Shown here: positions 34,258 through 44,606 of the stretch, piece after piece | How the letters are laid out: every line of letters begins with the position of its first letter | Numbering within the stretch: the first letter of the stretch is position 1 | Virus record (IMG/VR): IMGVR_UViG_3300011008_000026 | Location: 30,501-94,500 of that record | DNA from: a virus | Taxonomy: Duplodnaviria; Caudoviricetes | Strand: one strand, 5' to 3' | DNA length: 64,000 nucleotides | The notes under the pieces: generated by a model | What the model was told of the DNA's origin: nothing | What the model saw: only the letters and a program-made list of their open reading frames with translations | Databases searched by the model: none | Program-made: the position numbers and the translations under genes

Positions 34258-35253
34258 TTACAGGATCTCGTGAGCGCCGCAGGTCGGATGAGAACCAACC
34301 GCGAAGCCGGAGCCGAACCGCTGGGTCAGCTCAGTCTCGAAGGTGTGGTCGTCGATGGTCTGCTGCGTCATGGAGTACACGGGACCCTCGTTCAGAACCT
34401 TCAGGTTCATCTGATCACGGCTTACACCGGAGACCAGAATGTAATACCAGGCAGGATTCAGAATGGGAGTCACGCCGTCGTCATCATACGCATTCTGCAG
34501 CTTCACAAGGTTGTTGCCGTTGTACTTGCCGATGAAACCGTTCTGGTTCATCTCATCCAGCAGAGAACCGCTGTACTGCACAGTACTGGAGTTGATGGGC
34601 TGGCCCTGAATGCCGAAGAAATCTTCGACAGAGTCGCCGATGATGGTCACGTTGCCCAGCCGACGGAAATGCTTCAGCTGAGTATCGATGGCCGTCTTGG
34701 ACAGGGAGCCGGTGCTGGAGCCGTACCACGGAGTGCCGTAGTAGGTGATGCCGTTGTGCAGCACCCTTTCTACATGCTTCATCTTCAGCATGGTGAACTG
34801 ATCGTTCGCCTGCCGGATCAGATCGGGCATATTGATACGATTCATCCGGATATCCCAGATGTTGATCGCGGGCCGGGAGCTGATCTCGAAGGTGTTCAGA
34901 GAGAACTGACGGTCAGTCACATAGCTGCGGGCGGTCGTAGCGCCGGTAGCCTGAATAAAGGCCTTGATGCCCTTGGTGGGGAACCGGTACATCGGCCGAT
35001 CGCCCAGAGACACGTTGCGGACATCCGCAAACAGGTTCATGAAATCAAGAGCCTTCTGCTGGGTCTCATCCACAGTAAAGGAGATGATCTGGCCCAGCTC
35101 GTGCATGTTCTGGGGGCTCATGTCCTCAGCCAGCTTGTGCACGATTTCACTCGCTTCGTCGGTCAGGTTGGAATCAACCCGCTCGTTGCGAACCATGGCA
35201 GCCATCACATTGATGATGGGCATGCCTTTTTCAATCTTGATGCGTTCACTCAT
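34258..35253 (-). CDS. Major capsid protein
   Basis: 331 aa; strongly biased high-expression codon usage; follows protease and decoration genes; followed by a terminator. Confidence 0.75.
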   Translation of the reverse strand: MSERIKIEKGMPIINVMAAMVRNERVDSNLTDEASEIVHKLAEDMSPQNMHELGQIISFTVDETQQKALDFMNLFADVRNVSLGDRPMYRFPTKGIKAFIQATGATTARSYVTDRQFSLNTFEISSRPAINIWDIRMNRINMPDLIRQANDQFTMLKMKHVERVLHNGITYYGTPWYGSSTGSLSKTAIDTQLKHFRRLGNVTIIGDSVEDFFGIQGQPINSSTVQYSGSLLDEMNQNGFIGKYNGNNLVKLQNAYDDDGVTPILNPAWYYILVSGVSRDQMNLKVLNEGPVYSMTQQTIDDHTFETELTQRFGSGFAVGSHPTCGAHEIL

Positions 35254-35266
35254 AACCTACACCCCC

Positions 35267-35704
35267 TTAACCGATGGTGCCATCGGCCTTAATGCCGTAG
35301 GCGGTGCCCACGACAGGAGTGCCGGTCACGCAGTTCGTTACGAACTCTTCACCCAGCAGCAGAGCGTGGGCCCGCATCAGTTCGCCGACAGGCTGGGTGT
35401 AATTCCGCTTGTCATACTCCTGATACTCTTCCACGTTGTACTGGAAGGAGTTTTCAACAAAATAATACCGCTTCGAAATCTCCTGAACTTCGAAACGATA
35501 GGCAACAACGCCACCGTACATATCGGTGACTTCGGTGCAAACAAACTTGGTTGTGTTGTCGGCAGCCGGCAAAACCAGCTTATCGGCATCATTACCAGTG
35601 CCCTGCACCATGATAAGGCCGTTCGGTACGGGATTTGCTGCGCCATTGGCGAAGTTCCCGGCGTAAACATAGCCTTGTAACTTGCTCATGTAACCAGAAG
35701 CCAT
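35267..35704 (-). CDS. Putative capsid decoration/cement protein
   Basis: 145-aa beta-rich protein between scaffold and capsid. Confidence 0.55.
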   Translation of the reverse strand: MASGYMSKLQGYVYAGNFANGAANPVPNGLIMVQGTGNDADKLVLPAADNTTKFVCTEVTDMYGGVVAYRFEVQEISKRYYFVENSFQYNVEEYQEYDKRNYTQPVGELMRAHALLLGEEFVTNCVTGTPVVGTAYGIKADGTIG

Positions 35705-35719
35705 GATTGCTCATTCCTT

Positions 35720-36190
35720 TCATTGTGATTTTCTTTTCTCCGGTCTTGGCTTTCCCGGTATGTATGGATACCACAAAGATTTTGCTAAAGACCATTTATA
35801 ATGGTAATAACGTGCTTCGAATACTTTCTTGGGACAAACTGCGTATTTTACAACAGCGTCACATAAAAGCATTTCCTCTCCGTTAATCTCGACTTTATGG
35901 TTTGACTTTCTATTGCGACAGTTTTCTTTTCTTGTCACAATACGACAGTTATCAGGACTGTATCCTTTATCATTGTCTATTCTGTCAATTTCCAAACCGG
36001 GTTGCCAGCCGTATTCTTTAGCCCAGGAAATGAACGCAGGTGCATTATCCATAGACCACTCATCACACACGGTTATACCACGACCACCATAGTCTTTGTA
36101 TTGTGCATGTTTCTCGTTCTCACAACGATAATGCATACGGCTAAGTACGTTAAACAATGGCTCGTAAGAGAGCCCATGAATATAATACAT
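35720..36190 (-). CDS. Free-standing HNH-type homing endonuclease
   Basis: YKDYGGRGITVCDEW...LEIDRIDNDKGYSPDNCR...N. Confidence 0.8.
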   Translation of the reverse strand: MYYIHGLSYEPLFNVLSRMHYRCENEKHAQYKDYGGRGITVCDEWSMDNAPAFISWAKEYGWQPGLEIDRIDNDKGYSPDNCRIVTRKENCRNRKSNHKVEINGEEMLLCDAVVKYAVCPKKVFEARYYHYKWSLAKSLWYPYIPGKPRPEKRKSQ

Positions 36191-36217
36191 CTGCTATTCC
36201 TTTCCTGTACTTTCTGC

Positions 36218-37651
36218 TTACGCTTTCGTCAGCAGAGAATAGGAAGTGTGCTCCTTGCGCGCGGTCTTCTTCAGAAGGGAATAACCTGTCCCTTCCGTAG
36301 AGATCGAATCGATAAACGGATTTACTTCTGCGGTAACTGTTTTCTTTTCCGCAACAACAGTCTTCTGAGCTTTCAGCTCTTCGACTTCAGCCTTCAGACT
36401 CTCGACAACGCTTGCGAGTTCCGCAATCAGTTGTTCCGCAGTCTTCTTTTCCTTTTCGCCGGGTAGAACCGGATCTTCAGCAGCGGGCTCGGAGTCGTTT
36501 GCGTCGCCATTTTCTGCGACGGGATCTTCCGTGGAAGAGTCTCCGGACTCACCGGAATTGTCCGGGTCTGACGGCGTTGCCCCACCGTCCCCGGCATCGG
36601 GATCTTCGGCTGTTTCAACAGTTGCGATATGAATACCGTCATCCGCTTCCACAAGGGATGCGTCGGGTTCAACGTGAGACACACTGGTTTCAACAGATAC
36701 GATCTGACTTACATCGACACCGGATTCGGTATCGTAAGCATAGGTGCTCTGCTGTTCCCGATGGACTTCGTGAATCACAACGGCGGCGTTTTCTTGAACA
36801 GTTTCTGCTGTTTGTGTTTCAGCCGTTTCAGGCTGTGCTTCAGGCTCTTCTGCGCCTTCAGCATTTTCGGAGTTGCTTTCGGCGGCCTCTTCGACATGTG
36901 CGGTTTCAGTCTCAGCCGTTTCTTCAACGACTTCGACTTCGCCCTGCGCGTTTACCGTAGCAACAGCTTCCGTGGGTTTTTCCGCTTCAGGATTTGCAGC
37001 TTCTGCTGTCGTCTTTACTTCGACAGCTTCTGCAACCTTGGTATCCGCCATTTCCTTTTCACCTCCTTCGGTGTCATCTGCTTTACGCTGTGCGACTAAT
37101 TCAAGCGCAACAGCTTCTTCACAAGCAGGGAAGGTAACAATGGCCGTCCCTTCCAAGTAATTACTATCCGACGCGTCGATCAGGATCGTATCGTCATCCA
37201 GTTCTTCATATTCGCCAACGACGACTTCGAAAGAAAATTTCAGAGCACCGTCCGTAAACAATTCGGAGATAGCCTTGCTCAGCTTCTTGTTTCGCTTTGC
37301 GATACGGGCATAACCGACAAGGTAACAACCCTTCTCTTCGCCTTGTTTAAATTCTTCCTTTTCAAACTGGTAGAAAGATCCGATCTGCGTGGAATGGAAT
37401 TCGCCTGTCTTGCTATCGTACAGATGGCCGAGTCGGCGATAGTTGCCACTTGTAAGAGCTCTTACGTCTGCGTACAACGGCAGGCCCACATAGCGATCAG
37501 GGTTTCCGACGATTTCATCGATGAAAGCTTCGGTAACTCTAGCACCATTCAGATTCGCCGCAGGCGCTTCGCATATGCGTGCTTTTACAGTCATGAAAAT
37601 ATCCGACTGTTGGATTTCGGAGATGACGGAAGCAAACACAAGCTTGTTCAT
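36218..37651 (-). CDS. Prohead protease / scaffold fusion
   Basis: N-terminal ANLNG...LKFSFEV...GTAIVTFPA protease-like motifs, then an acidic low-complexity region and a coiled coil. Confidence 0.7.
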   Translation of the reverse strand: MNKLVFASVISEIQQSDIFMTVKARICEAPAANLNGARVTEAFIDEIVGNPDRYVGLPLYADVRALTSGNYRRLGHLYDSKTGEFHSTQIGSFYQFEKEEFKQGEEKGCYLVGYARIAKRNKKLSKAISELFTDGALKFSFEVVVGEYEELDDDTILIDASDSNYLEGTAIVTFPACEEAVALELVAQRKADDTEGGEKEMADTKVAEAVEVKTTAEAANPEAEKPTEAVATVNAQGEVEVVEETAETETAHVEEAAESNSENAEGAEEPEAQPETAETQTAETVQENAAVVIHEVHREQQSTYAYDTESGVDVSQIVSVETSVSHVEPDASLVEADDGIHIATVETAEDPDAGDGGATPSDPDNSGESGDSSTEDPVAENGDANDSEPAAEDPVLPGEKEKKTAEQLIAELASVVESLKAEVEELKAQKTVVAEKKTVTAEVNPFIDSISTEGTGYSLLKKTARKEHTSYSLLTKA

Positions 37652-37746
37652 AACCTGATCTCCTTCATGCTTTCGATTTCCAATGGTGGGAGCAGAGGAG
37701 ATCGAAGGCGAATCTATATCAACAGTCTTTCGACTGGAGATATTGA

Positions 37747-37773
37747 CCGGGACTTACACACAAAGGACGCCCG
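37747..37773. repeat. Direct repeat / hairpin copy A
   Basis: CCGGGACTTACACACAAAGGACGCCCG, 24/27 identical to 38419-38445. Confidence 0.7.
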
Positions 37774-37779
37774 AACAAT

Positions 37780-38382
37780 TTAAATAACGGCTGTCTTCAG
37801 CCAGTTAAAGGAATAACCGAATGCGGCTGCGTGCTGATTCGCAAGCAAATCCACAACCTTGACAGTCTTCTCCACAGCGTTGACAACAACCAGAACGGCT
37901 TCGTTTGCCGCATTCGGAGAAACCGCTTTAGCAGTAGCCGCAAAAATGTGATTTACACCCTTGGCGGTCTGGCTTCCCAGATAGGCAAAAGGCTTGATCT
38001 CAGAGCCGACAAATCCCTTGAAGGCATCAGCCCAGAGGGTCTTTACTTCTTCGGACAGTTCGGTCTGAACGTCAACAGCTACACCGCCCAGAGTGTCACC
38101 ACCCTCAACAACGCGCTCAACGGCAACGAGGGTCAGGTCGATATCGGAGGGCTTTTCGTTGAAAATCAGAACAACAATGTTCTTGGAATCACGGCCGGTG
38201 AGCACAGTCTGCTCTGCCAGCACGGCATGGTTTGTACCGTTCACGGTCTGAGAGCCGAGATAGGCAATGGGCTGATAATCAGCTCCGACGAGTGTATCGG
38301 CCAGCTTGCCGACAGCAGTCGCAACCTTCTGCGGCATATTGTAGGAAACATAAACATCCCAGGAAGCAATCGCATTAGACAT
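37780..38382 (-). CDS. Protein with two tandem, possibly cystatin-like, repeats
   Basis: Internal duplication PIAYLGSQTVNGTNH / PFAYLGSQTAKGVNH. Confidence 0.7.
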   Translation of the reverse strand: MSNAIASWDVYVSYNMPQKVATAVGKLADTLVGADYQPIAYLGSQTVNGTNHAVLAEQTVLTGRDSKNIVVLIFNEKPSDIDLTLVAVERVVEGGDTLGGVAVDVQTELSEEVKTLWADAFKGFVGSEIKPFAYLGSQTAKGVNHIFAATAKAVSPNAANEAVLVVVNAVEKTVKVVDLLANQHAAAFGYSFNWLKTAVI

Positions 38383-38418
38383 AGTCGTATTCTCCTTTTA
38401 TCCTTTTTTTATGAAAAG

Positions 38419-38446
38419 CCGGGACTTACACGCAGAGGATGCCCGG
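38419..38446. repeat. Direct repeat / hairpin copy B
   Basis: CCGGGACTTACACGCAGAGGATGCCCGG. Confidence 0.7.
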
Positions 38447-38585
38447 CGTAATCCGCTTTAAGACAGCGGCAGCCTAGGTTTATTGTTCACCATGAACATG
38501 AAAAGCTTCTGTTTTCTTTATTTAAACAGGGCGCACAGAGCAACGTCCTGTGTATTAACCGATATTATGCGCATAACAATCTATA

Positions 38586-40163
38586 TTATCCGGTGTCATC
38601 CTGTTTTTCGGACCCTTCCGGATTACTTGGTTTGGGTTGCCGTCCCGTTTCTGACTTGGAAGGATCGCTCTGTCGTTCGCTGTCATCCTTGGTGGGACGT
38701 CCCTTTTGAGAACTGTCAGAAGTGTCGTCTGATACTGCTTGCTTCGAGTTTCTGGGAGCAAACACTTCATCCGTACCGTCTCCGGCTTCCTGTTCTCTTT
38801 GTTTCCTTTCGGCTTCGAAGGAATAGCCTTCCACCGTCATCATGGTTCTGGTGGAAATGACACCTTGTGTCCACAGTTCATTGCACTTCTCACGAAGCGC
38901 TTTCTTGCCTTCCATGCTAAGCGGCTGGAAATGGAACTCAGGAATCTCCTTCAGATTATATGTGTTCGGAATGAACTCTGTCAGCTTTTCGTTGATTTTG
39001 TTCATCATCTCGCAGAATTCATCCCGCATGGCGTTAATACGTGTTTCTGCCGTCTGCATGCTGATCTGCGCAGATGCAAAGGTGGAACCGTCTTCGGAAA
39101 GCCCGGAGACAATAATTCCGCTGACACCTCCGGCAGAGAGAATGTCGTTGTTGACATCTTTGTACTTGTTCCACTGGAACAGGTCATCCAGATCAGCCTG
39201 AATAACTTTCGCTTCTGCCAGATGATTGGTCACGGCGAGAGGGAAGTCGTTCATAGCCTTCTTGAAAATATTGTAAACCTGTTTGAGCTGTTTTTCGTCG
39301 GGCAGAATATCCTGACTCTTGCTGCTCTCTCCATAGGTAACATGTACAAACGATCTCTTACCGATATTCAGAAGGGCGTTCTCGTAGGCCGAAATAAGTT
39401 CCTTCTTGGCAAGAGCCGGAAGCGCGGCGGCGATAAACGGAATGGCGTAACGCATCCAGCCTTCTTTCGGCCCCTGAAGAACAAAAGTATATTCAGGGTT
39501 CAGCTGGGCATACTGCTCGCCGGATTTCACAGCCTGCTGAATTTCTTCGGGATAACCCTGCAAAGCGGTTTCCACAACACTGTCTTTAACAAAGTCTTCC
39601 TTCACGCTGTAACCTTTTGTCTTGAATTCGTTGATAATAGACTGACAGTCGTATTCAACGATAGGCGTTCCGTTAAAGGTCACGTTACCGATCTTCCATT
39701 TGTGGACAGGAAGCGTAATAAGATCTCCGTCTTTCAGGTAGCAGCATACGTTGTTGTACTTCCACGCTTCCTTCATGATGCCGGTCATCTTTTCCCTCAG
39801 CCGCATTCTCTTGTACTGCTCTTCAAACAGCGCGTACGTCTTTTCCTTGGAACCTGTAAGATACCACGGCGAACAGGTAGAGTAGGGGACATATACATGT
39901 TCGATAATTCCCCGTACAATCGGATCTGCGTCGGCGTAATAGTCCGCCAGCTGATAAAAAGAAGTAATGTTATCCTGCTTGTTTTTCAGGATAGTCGTAT
40001 AGTCATATCCGGCAAGTTCACCGGAGTAGGTAATGTTCGAGTTGTCGAAAGCGGCATACATCTCTGCTTCCGCTCCGGCCCCTACAACAATCTTGCTTGG
40101 ATCTACAACAGGTCGTGACGCCTGTTGAGCGTTGCGTCTGAACAACCGATCTAAAAGGCCCAT
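38586..40163 (-). CDS. Portal protein
   Basis: 525 aa after TerL; MGLLDRLFRR start; GVISTRT near the C-terminus; KGRP tail. Confidence 0.8.
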   Translation of the reverse strand: MGLLDRLFRRNAQQASRPVVDPSKIVVGAGAEAEMYAAFDNSNITYSGELAGYDYTTILKNKQDNITSFYQLADYYADADPIVRGIIEHVYVPYSTCSPWYLTGSKEKTYALFEEQYKRMRLREKMTGIMKEAWKYNNVCCYLKDGDLITLPVHKWKIGNVTFNGTPIVEYDCQSIINEFKTKGYSVKEDFVKDSVVETALQGYPEEIQQAVKSGEQYAQLNPEYTFVLQGPKEGWMRYAIPFIAAALPALAKKELISAYENALLNIGKRSFVHVTYGESSKSQDILPDEKQLKQVYNIFKKAMNDFPLAVTNHLAEAKVIQADLDDLFQWNKYKDVNNDILSAGGVSGIIVSGLSEDGSTFASAQISMQTAETRINAMRDEFCEMMNKINEKLTEFIPNTYNLKEIPEFHFQPLSMEGKKALREKCNELWTQGVISTRTMMTVEGYSFEAERKQREQEAGDGTDEVFAPRNSKQAVSDDTSDSSQKGRPTKDDSERQSDPSKSETGRQPKPSNPEGSEKQDDTG

Positions 40164-40182
40164 CTGGCATCACTCCTTTCGT

Positions 40183-41850
40183 TTAGAATCCTGACGCAAA
40201 GCCGATAAATCCGACTCCGCGCCGTTTTGACTCGATATTCTTCTTCTCAAGCTCGGAAATATAATCGTTTCCCATCGCAAGAGAAGAATATCTGTCCTTG
40301 TGCATTCCGGATTTCGGAACGTCGTAAAGGACGTTCCCGCTGATACCTGTCTTGGGAACGATGTTCCCCATTTCGATCTGAAGCGCATCCGCCTGAACAA
40401 AATTGTCCAGCTCTTCTTTTGTCATGCGCTTACCTTCTTCTACTTCAGACTGTCTCTCTTTAGCAGTCCGATAGGAGACGGGAAGTTCGATTGTGTTCTT
40501 TTCAAGAGCAACACGAAGGTTGGAATAAATCCGCTGGTTTAATGTGTTGACAGCCCGGAAAGGATGCAAGACCTGAACGGCATCCGGGTTCGTAAGATCT
40601 TCATCGTCTACAACCAACGGAGGATATTCTCTCCCGGATTCGGGATCGATCCACACCCGGTCGAAGAACCGATCGAAACTGTCTCCCAGTCCACGGGCGT
40701 CGTATACAATCTTTTCCGTGTTTGGAAATTTGACATGATAATACTTGCGGATTTCTTCCGCAAGGAAATCCAGCGGCTTTCCGTTATACGGACGAATGTG
40801 GACAACCTGCCGGCTGAAGGAACCGTCTTTCTTCTCGTTGAACTTGTGCACGATCAGAATACTGTTATCCGATCCTTTCGCCTTGGAAGTCGCAATGTCC
40901 AGAGAGATGATATATCTGGACTTCGATCCTTTGGGCTGTTCCATTTCGATATTGGTAAGCGTCCGGCATTTCTGAACAAGATCGTAAGGAAACGCTGACT
41001 CCGCAGACGAACCGAGAAATCTGGATTCGTACTCCATCTGGAAAATGGCTTCCGGATTGTTTTTCTTTTCATCCAGATAATATTTTTCTGTCGTCAGACC
41101 TTCCCGTATGGGAGTGTGATAGTCCAGAACACATACAAAATAGTCCAGATTGCCGTGAGCCCGTTCCTGAACGATCCGTTCGAATTCTTTGTAGAACGCA
41201 AAGCTCTTCGGGCAGGCAGAAGTAATATAAACGAGCTTGGAAGGGAAATCTTCAAACTCGTATGACCTTGGATTGTAGCGGGTTTCGTTACGGGTCGGAA
41301 GAACGACGCTTCTTAAAACATCCATGTCCACGTCCCGTGCTTCGTCTACGATAACAAGTTTGGCCCGACGGGAACGCGCACTGCCGATTGCAACAGACTC
41401 TATAATACTGCCGTTCTTTAACGTACAGGTTGAACTGTCTTTTGCAATGGAGACATAGGTCTTGGCATTCGTCATCTTGATTTCGTTAGCAAAGTTTTCG
41501 TTCTCGTTTGCCAGATCCCGGATCTTTTCCGCAATACGGGTAGCTTGATCTGCAGTCGGAGCAACAACGAGTATTTTTGTTCCAGGATACAGTGACCCAA
41601 GAGATACGGAAATATTGGCAAGCATCCACGTCTTGCCGTATCCACGGGGAGCGACAATAGCCGAAGTAACAGCATTACCGATTCCTCGGACAATTACATG
41701 CTGAACAGGCGTGAGCTTGGTAGGAGCATATGCGTCTTCAACATACATATCCATATGAGTACGATAATAGATGATTTGCTCTTCGGCCGCATCCAGATTG
41801 TTGAGAGTACCTGAACGGGTATCCGCACGACGAGGTTCAACAGCTGTCAT
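40183..41850 (-). CDS. Terminase large subunit
   Basis: Walker A APRGYGKT, Walker B VIVDEA, ITSA, nuclease SLDIAT, YDARGLG, HKDRYSSL. Confidence 0.9.
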   Translation of the reverse strand: MTAVEPRRADTRSGTLNNLDAAEEQIIYYRTHMDMYVEDAYAPTKLTPVQHVIVRGIGNAVTSAIVAPRGYGKTWMLANISVSLGSLYPGTKILVVAPTADQATRIAEKIRDLANENENFANEIKMTNAKTYVSIAKDSSTCTLKNGSIIESVAIGSARSRRAKLVIVDEARDVDMDVLRSVVLPTRNETRYNPRSYEFEDFPSKLVYITSACPKSFAFYKEFERIVQERAHGNLDYFVCVLDYHTPIREGLTTEKYYLDEKKNNPEAIFQMEYESRFLGSSAESAFPYDLVQKCRTLTNIEMEQPKGSKSRYIISLDIATSKAKGSDNSILIVHKFNEKKDGSFSRQVVHIRPYNGKPLDFLAEEIRKYYHVKFPNTEKIVYDARGLGDSFDRFFDRVWIDPESGREYPPLVVDDEDLTNPDAVQVLHPFRAVNTLNQRIYSNLRVALEKNTIELPVSYRTAKERQSEVEEGKRMTKEELDNFVQADALQIEMGNIVPKTGISGNVLYDVPKSGMHKDRYSSLAMGNDYISELEKKNIESKRRGVGFIGFASGF

Positions 41851-42776
41851 TCAGGATCACCTTCCCTGTCCTCTCTCATGGATGTGATAATATATCCGAG
41901 CCCTTCCAGCGTGGCATCGACAACATCCTTCTCCCATTCGATCTTTTTAATGCATGGATGGCCGTGGGTTTCCAGAAATTGTGTTGTTTCAGCCCAGCTG
42001 CTCAGTCCGTTTTTCTCTCCGGGTTTCCGTTTGTTGGCAGCGAAGTTACTTATCGTCAGAAGGGAGTTGTATGCGTTCATGGCATTTGTAACATCCTGCA
42101 TGGCACATCTCCCTGCAAGATAGTCGTTCTGAACCTTGTCTGCCGTCAAAGCGGACTTCGCAAGTTTCTTTGCGTTGTCCTGCAGCGCTGTATCCGCGTT
42201 CTCCAGATCGAAGTCCTTGTTCAGACCTTCGTAGAAGTTCATCAGATACTCAAGCTCGGAAAGTTTGAAGTCTCCGTTGAAAAACGCATTGTAGGTCTTT
42301 ATGTTGGGATCTTGTTTCCGAACACTGTCCAGTTCAACAATCTTTCCAGCTTCCTTCGCTTCCTGATAGCTATTTGCGTTAATGTCCTGTGAATTGTCGA
42401 TATAAGCATAATGAATCTGCATAATGGAAGGAACCATCTGGCATGTCAGAGCTTCCAGAATAATTCTCCGTCTTTCATCGTTTGACTTCTGATAGACGGT
42501 GTTCTTGGCAGCCTGCATCTCAGCCTTTTTCTGTGCATTGTCCCAGATGCGTTCGTCCCATTTGCGATGGTTTTCGAAGAAGTATTCCCGCATCTCATCT
42601 TTCGTTTGAATCTGAGAGATGCACTTCTTACACCAGATATCTTTGCCTGCCTGATCGATCCAGTCCCTGTTGGAATAAAACTCCGACAGGTTCCGGACGC
42701 AATGGCAGCGAAGGCACATTCTGGTGGCAGGCGGCTTTTTTTGTGTCTTACGGGCTTTGGACAGAACAGTCGCCAT
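41847..42776 (-). CDS. Putative terminase small subunit / Zn-finger protein
   Basis: CLRC...WCKKC; overlaps the TerL start. Confidence 0.55.
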   Translation of the reverse strand: MATVLSKARKTQKKPPATRMCLRCHCVRNLSEFYSNRDWIDQAGKDIWCKKCISQIQTKDEMREYFFENHRKWDERIWDNAQKKAEMQAAKNTVYQKSNDERRRIILEALTCQMVPSIMQIHYAYIDNSQDINANSYQEAKEAGKIVELDSVRKQDPNIKTYNAFFNGDFKLSELEYLMNFYEGLNKDFDLENADTALQDNAKKLAKSALTADKVQNDYLAGRCAMQDVTNAMNAYNSLLTISNFAANKRKPGEKNGLSSWAETTQFLETHGHPCIKKIEWEKDVVDATLEGLGYIITSMREDREGDPE

Positions 42777-42781
42777 GGCTA

Positions 42782-43270
42782 TTACTCCGTGTCGTCCTCG
42801 TCTGTTGTATTGCCGGGAATTTGAACAGCCGCCTGTTCAGGTTCTGCGTTTACAGAAGACACGGGTTTGTCTTCGTCGAGTTTATCCAAGATGTTTAAGG
42901 TATCTCCGTCTGCGTCCGATCCTTTCAGATCTGCAACAAATTGCTCGTCCAGATTACCGTCTTTTGTTAAAAAGGACAGTTGTTGGACAGTACGCTTTTC
43001 ATACGGGGTCTTCTTAAAGCCTTTGAAGGTAGCCTTGGATTTGATATTGCGACGACGCCGCATATAGAAGTCAGCCAGCGCAATAAACAAATCAGCCGTC
43101 TTTGTGTACTTGTAAACAGGGATATTGTATTCACCTTCCAGTTTACGAATGGTGTAATAGATTCCTCTGCTTGCAAGGAAATCAACTTCCTCTCGCCATT
43201 CGGTGCGATATTCGATGTCAAACGCATTGTTCGGAATGTTACTGCGTTTGATGTTTGTTTTTTCAGACAT
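42782..43270 (-). CDS. Conserved phage protein, first gene of the late operon
   Basis: ATG 43270 after AAGGAG; EYRTEWREEVDFLASRGIYYT...YKYTKTADLF. Confidence 0.65.
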   Translation of the reverse strand: MSEKTNIKRSNIPNNAFDIEYRTEWREEVDFLASRGIYYTIRKLEGEYNIPVYKYTKTADLFIALADFYMRRRRNIKSKATFKGFKKTPYEKRTVQQLSFLTKDGNLDEQFVADLKGSDADGDTLNILDKLDEDKPVSSVNAEPEQAAVQIPGNTTDEDDTE

Positions 43271-43390
43271 TTTCCTAATCAACTCCTTAATCGTATTGTC
43301 TAAAATGTTTAACTGCAATAACCGCATGCAATAACTGCTATGCGAAACATGCAATTTAAATCTGATAGTATGGAGAAAGAAAACGGTATT

Positions 43391-43426
43391 CTCTCTCCTT
43401 TATGGTCGTTTTCGAAATCGGAGAAT
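43391..43426 (-). promoter_or_regulatory. Phage-specific promoter-like motif copy 5 (head of the packaging/virion operon)
   Basis: TTCTCCGATTTCGAAAACGACCATAAAGGAGAGAG. Confidence 0.6.
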
Positions 43427-43685
43427 CGGAAAATAATCGAAAAACTGAAAAGCGAACGGATGTTGTTTGAGAAAGAGATGTCTAGATTTGGTTTCTATGG
43501 AGAGAAATTTAATTTGATTGTGAAAACACATGTATGTAAGCATGCTTTTTTATTTCAGTGTAAAGAGACGGGAAAGGCTATTGAAAGATGATATGTATCG
43601 TGTTTTCTATATAACATAGGGTAAAAACGACACATATTGAGAGACGGAAATATGGGATATGGGATGGGGATAAGGAATGGTAGTA

Positions 43686-43800
43686 ATTAAAATTGAAAAA
43701 TGAGTTGGAAGGGATGGGGAATGGGAATAAAAACGTGGAAATGAGTTGGAAAGAATGGGGAATGGGATGATGGTGATTAAAATTTAAAAATGAGTTGGAA
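43686..43800. repeat. Purine-rich direct repeats in the strand-switch region
   Basis: AAATGAGTTGGAA at 43698, 43739 and 43788; ATGGGGAATGGGA twice. Confidence 0.75.
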
Positions 43801-43962
43801 AGAATCAATTTGGTGGTTTGAGGGATATAACGAAATATCCTGACGTAAAAGAGCCAACAAACCGGATTTCGATGTTTCATCGGATTTTTGGGTATTTGGT
43901 CTCTCTTACGATTGCGAGTAAGCCCTGAACCGGCAACGGCAGGCGTCGCTTGGAGGTAAATC

Positions 43963-44193
43963 ATGTCCGTTTCTTATAAGTTTGGTAAATTCACACAGGA
44001 AATCGACTTCGTTTGCGTTGAAGATGCGATCGAAGCAGCGATGGAACTTGCGAAAGTTCCTGGTGTGAAGAACTTGATCGCCTTCGGGGTAAACACAGCC
44101 CCGGTGGCGTACCCGGAAACCTACTCTAGTGTTGAAGAAGCATGTGCAGACATGCAAAATCATCTCTTCGTTATGCCGAAACGACTGTCGTGA
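43963..44193 (+). CDS. Small hypothetical early protein
   Basis: RBS GGAGGT. Confidence 0.65.
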   Translation: MSVSYKFGKFTQEIDFVCVEDAIEAAMELAKVPGVKNLIAFGVNTAPVAYPETYSSVEEACADMQNHLFVMPKRLS

Positions 44194-44274
44194 GACAGGC
44201 GTCGTCGTAGTGGTGGCTCCCTACGGCCTGATGATGGCAAGCCCGTCACGGAATTCGCTTACAGGAGGTACTCC

Positions 44275-44469
44275 ATGTTCCATGCTCCGTATACCCTTTA
44301 TCCTCGTGGACTTCACAGCGATCGAGCAGAGCTCGAGAGCGTGAAGTTTGACTTCATCCTGAACGCAGCGAACGCGTGGATGGACGAGGATAACCCGGAC
44401 GCGGCTGTCTACGACTGCATGGGTGTCCGGATCGCCAACGAGATCCTTCGGGAGCTTCTTGGCGAATGA
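44275..44469 (+). CDS. Small hypothetical protein
   Basis: RBS AGGAGGT. Confidence 0.65.
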   Translation: MFHAPYTLYPRGLHSDRAELESVKFDFILNAANAWMDEDNPDAAVYDCMGVRIANEILRELLGE

Positions 44470-44606
44470 CTTGACAGCGGCTGGATGACCGCTCAAACAA
44501 ACATCCTTTGCATATATCTTGGTTATGCACTTGAAACAAATCCAAGACTTTGGCGTGGACGCGGGTTAACCACGCTTAATCTCATTAAATCTTAGGAGGT
44601 ATTCCC

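Noticed and set aside
34270-35292. Long antisense ORFs (34270-35292, 38739-40118, 62312-63226 and similar)
   Set aside because: Shadows of strongly codon-biased genes on the other strand
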